A stretch of DNA of 52,843 nt from Octopus sinensis (taxonomy: Eukaryota): NCBI RefSeq assembly GCF_006345805.1, contig NW_021833872.1, forward strand, positions 1 through 52,843, given 5' to 3'. Under the pieces are notes generated by a model. The model was not told the DNA's origin. It ran no database searches and saw only the letters and a list, made by a program, of their open reading frames with translations. Positions 50,540 through 52,843 of the stretch are shown here, one piece after another. A program made the position numbers and the translations under genes. The number at the start of each line of letters is the position of its first letter. Position 1 is the first letter of the stretch.

Positions 50540-51265
50540 ATAATGATAATAATTCATTCGTTTATTGGCCACAAGGGCTAACAAAAATCAATTAAAACAT
50601 AAAGGGACAAAACACAGGACGAAAGTTACAAAGGGTTTTGTCCGTTTGAAAAAAGTTTGTGTACAAAAGCAGGATAACAACGAAATATAAGTAACAATTA
50701 AAACTCCAATTAGGGGGAGGCACTTCGAAAGAAGCCACGGGAGCCTGGTCAAAAGTGGGGTAGAGAGCCCCTTTCTCCTTTTATATTTTTTTTTAATTAT
50801 AATAATTAGTCAAACAAATCGATCCCAGGATTTATTCTTTGTAAGCCTAGTACTTATTCTATCGGTCTCTTTTACCAAACCGCTAAGTTACGGGGACACA
50901 ACCATTGGTTGTCAAGCGATGTTGGGGGTGGCGGGGGGGGGAACACAGACACAACCACATAACACACATGCACATACATACATATATATATATATAATAT
51001 TAATTAGAGACAAAACCACTATTTTGCAAATCAAACAAGGAAAGACTTAATCAATACATTTATTTATTTATTTATTTACTTTATATTAAAATTTTTTTAT
51101 GTATTGATTAAGTCTTTCCTTGTTTGATTGCAAAATAGTGGTTTTGTCTCTAATTAATATTATATAATATTTTACTATAAAATTGGATTCAATCCTAAAT
51201 CTGATTTTTCCCTGTAAATTTGATTTATCCCTAATATTTATTATATATATATATATATATATATA

Positions 51266-51303
<38 letters not shown>

Positions 51304-52126
51304 TACGACGGACTTCTTTCAGTTTCCGTCTGCCAAATCTACTCACAAGGCTTTGGTCAGCCCGAGACTATAGAAGAAGACACTTGCCCAAGGTGCCACA
51401 CAGTGGGACTGAACCTGGAACTGTGTGGTTCGTAAGCAAGCTACTTTCCACACAGCCACTCCTACGCCTATGATAGTATATATATATATATAAAAATTTT
51501 ATATAGAGGCGTAGGAGTGGCTGTGGTAGGTAGCTTGCTTACCAGCCATATGGTTCCGGGTTCAGCCCCACTGCGTGGCATCTTGGGCCGACCAATGCCT
51601 TGTGAGTGGATTTGGTAGACGGAAACTGAAAGTAGCCTGTCGTATATATATACATATATATATATATATGTATGTGTGTGTGTCTGTGTTTGTCCCCCTA
51701 GCATTGCTAGACAACCGATGCTGGTGTGTTTATGTCCCCGTCACTTAGCGGTTTGGCAAAAGAGACCCATAGAATAAGTACTGGGCTTACAAAGAATAAG
51801 ACCTGGGGTCGATTTGCTCGATTAAAGGCGGTGCTCCAGCATGGCCGCAATCAAATGACTGAAACAAGTGAAAGAGTAAAAGAAAGTAACCCAAGGTTTC
51901 GCACCACAAATCCAAGCCTTGTGGAAACCTCGTCAGACTCTATATGAATACAAACTTTTAAAATGTTTATGTTGCAGACGTGAGGAAATGCTCAGAACTC
52001 GAGGAATAAGTAAAACGTTAATGGAAGAGTCACTGAAGCGGTTACATATGCATGAGGAAAGGTTTCCAGACAATGGACATAAGATAAAATAAGAACAAAG
52101 ATAAATGAGTGAAGAACTATATATAG

Positions 52127-52345
52127 GCGTAGGAGTGGCTGCGTGGTAAGTAGCTTGCTTACCAACCACATGGTTCCGGGTTCAGTCCCACTGCGTGGCA
52201 CCTTGGGCAAGTGTCTTCTGCCATAGCCTCGGCCGACCAAAGCTTTGTGAGTGGATTTGGTAGACGGAAACTGAAAGAAGCCGTGTCCATTATATATATA
52301 TAGATATATATATATACATATATATATATACATATATATATATAC

Positions 52346-52376
<31 letters not shown>

Positions 52377-52495
52377 ATATATATATAGACATATATATAT
52401 ATACATATATATATATACATATATATATATTACATATATATATATACATATATATATATATACATATATATATATACATATATATATATATACAT

Positions 52496-52548
<53 letters not shown>

Positions 52549-52770
52549 GGTTTGTGTGTCTGTGTTTGTTCCTCTAACATCGCTTGACAACCGATGCTGG
52601 TATGTTTACCTCCCCATTAATTAGCAGTTCGGCAAAAGAGACCAATAGAATAAGTACTAGGCTTACAAAGAATAAGTCCTGGGGTCGATTTTCTCGACTA
52701 AAAGGCGGTGCTCCAGCATGGCCGCAGTCAAATGAATGAAACAAGTAAAAGAGTAAAAGAGTTAAGAGTA
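52127..52770 (+). mobile_element. Composite SINE with a greatly expanded internal (TA)n tract
   Basis: Both conserved halves are intact and separated by about 260 nt of TA/TACA repeats. Confidence 0.85.
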
Positions 52771-52843
52771 AAATATATAATAAATAATAATGATAATAAA
52801 TAACAACCCCTTTAAAACCTAGCCAGGCTCATGGGCCCGGTTT

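Noticed and set aside
50566-50790. Possible L1/Tx1-like 3' end on the minus strand
   Set aside because: It has a poly(A)-like end, but I could identify no protein motif, so the family cannot be assigned.

Overview
AT-rich, repeat-saturated animal genomic DNA. The SINE, LINE and microsatellite content points to an octopus (inferred from recognisable repeat families, not from a database search). Most entries in the supplied ORF track are artefacts of (TA)n, (TG)n, (TATG)n, (GATA)n and (CAT)n runs or of SINEs. Real coding signal is sparse and lies on the minus strand: the last two exons of an SLC18B1-like MFS transporter (50481-50388, 48891-48787) and a probable orphan gene (start exon at 26845-26834, internal exon 20760-20474), plus weaker candidate exons. 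The rest is tRNA-derived SINEs (one family forms fixed-junction multimers), RTE and R4/Dong LINE fragments, a deleted mariner, a Helitron, hAT- and piggyBac-type MITEs, and several long palindromes. The most interesting signals: a minimal type I hammerhead ribozyme in the loop of a ~120-bp-arm palindrome (39097-39378); further hammerhead-like motifs; a near-perfect 301-bp-arm palindrome; a non-coding element confined to (TAA)n arrays; a piggyBac-end-derived satellite; and a TRIM-like element.
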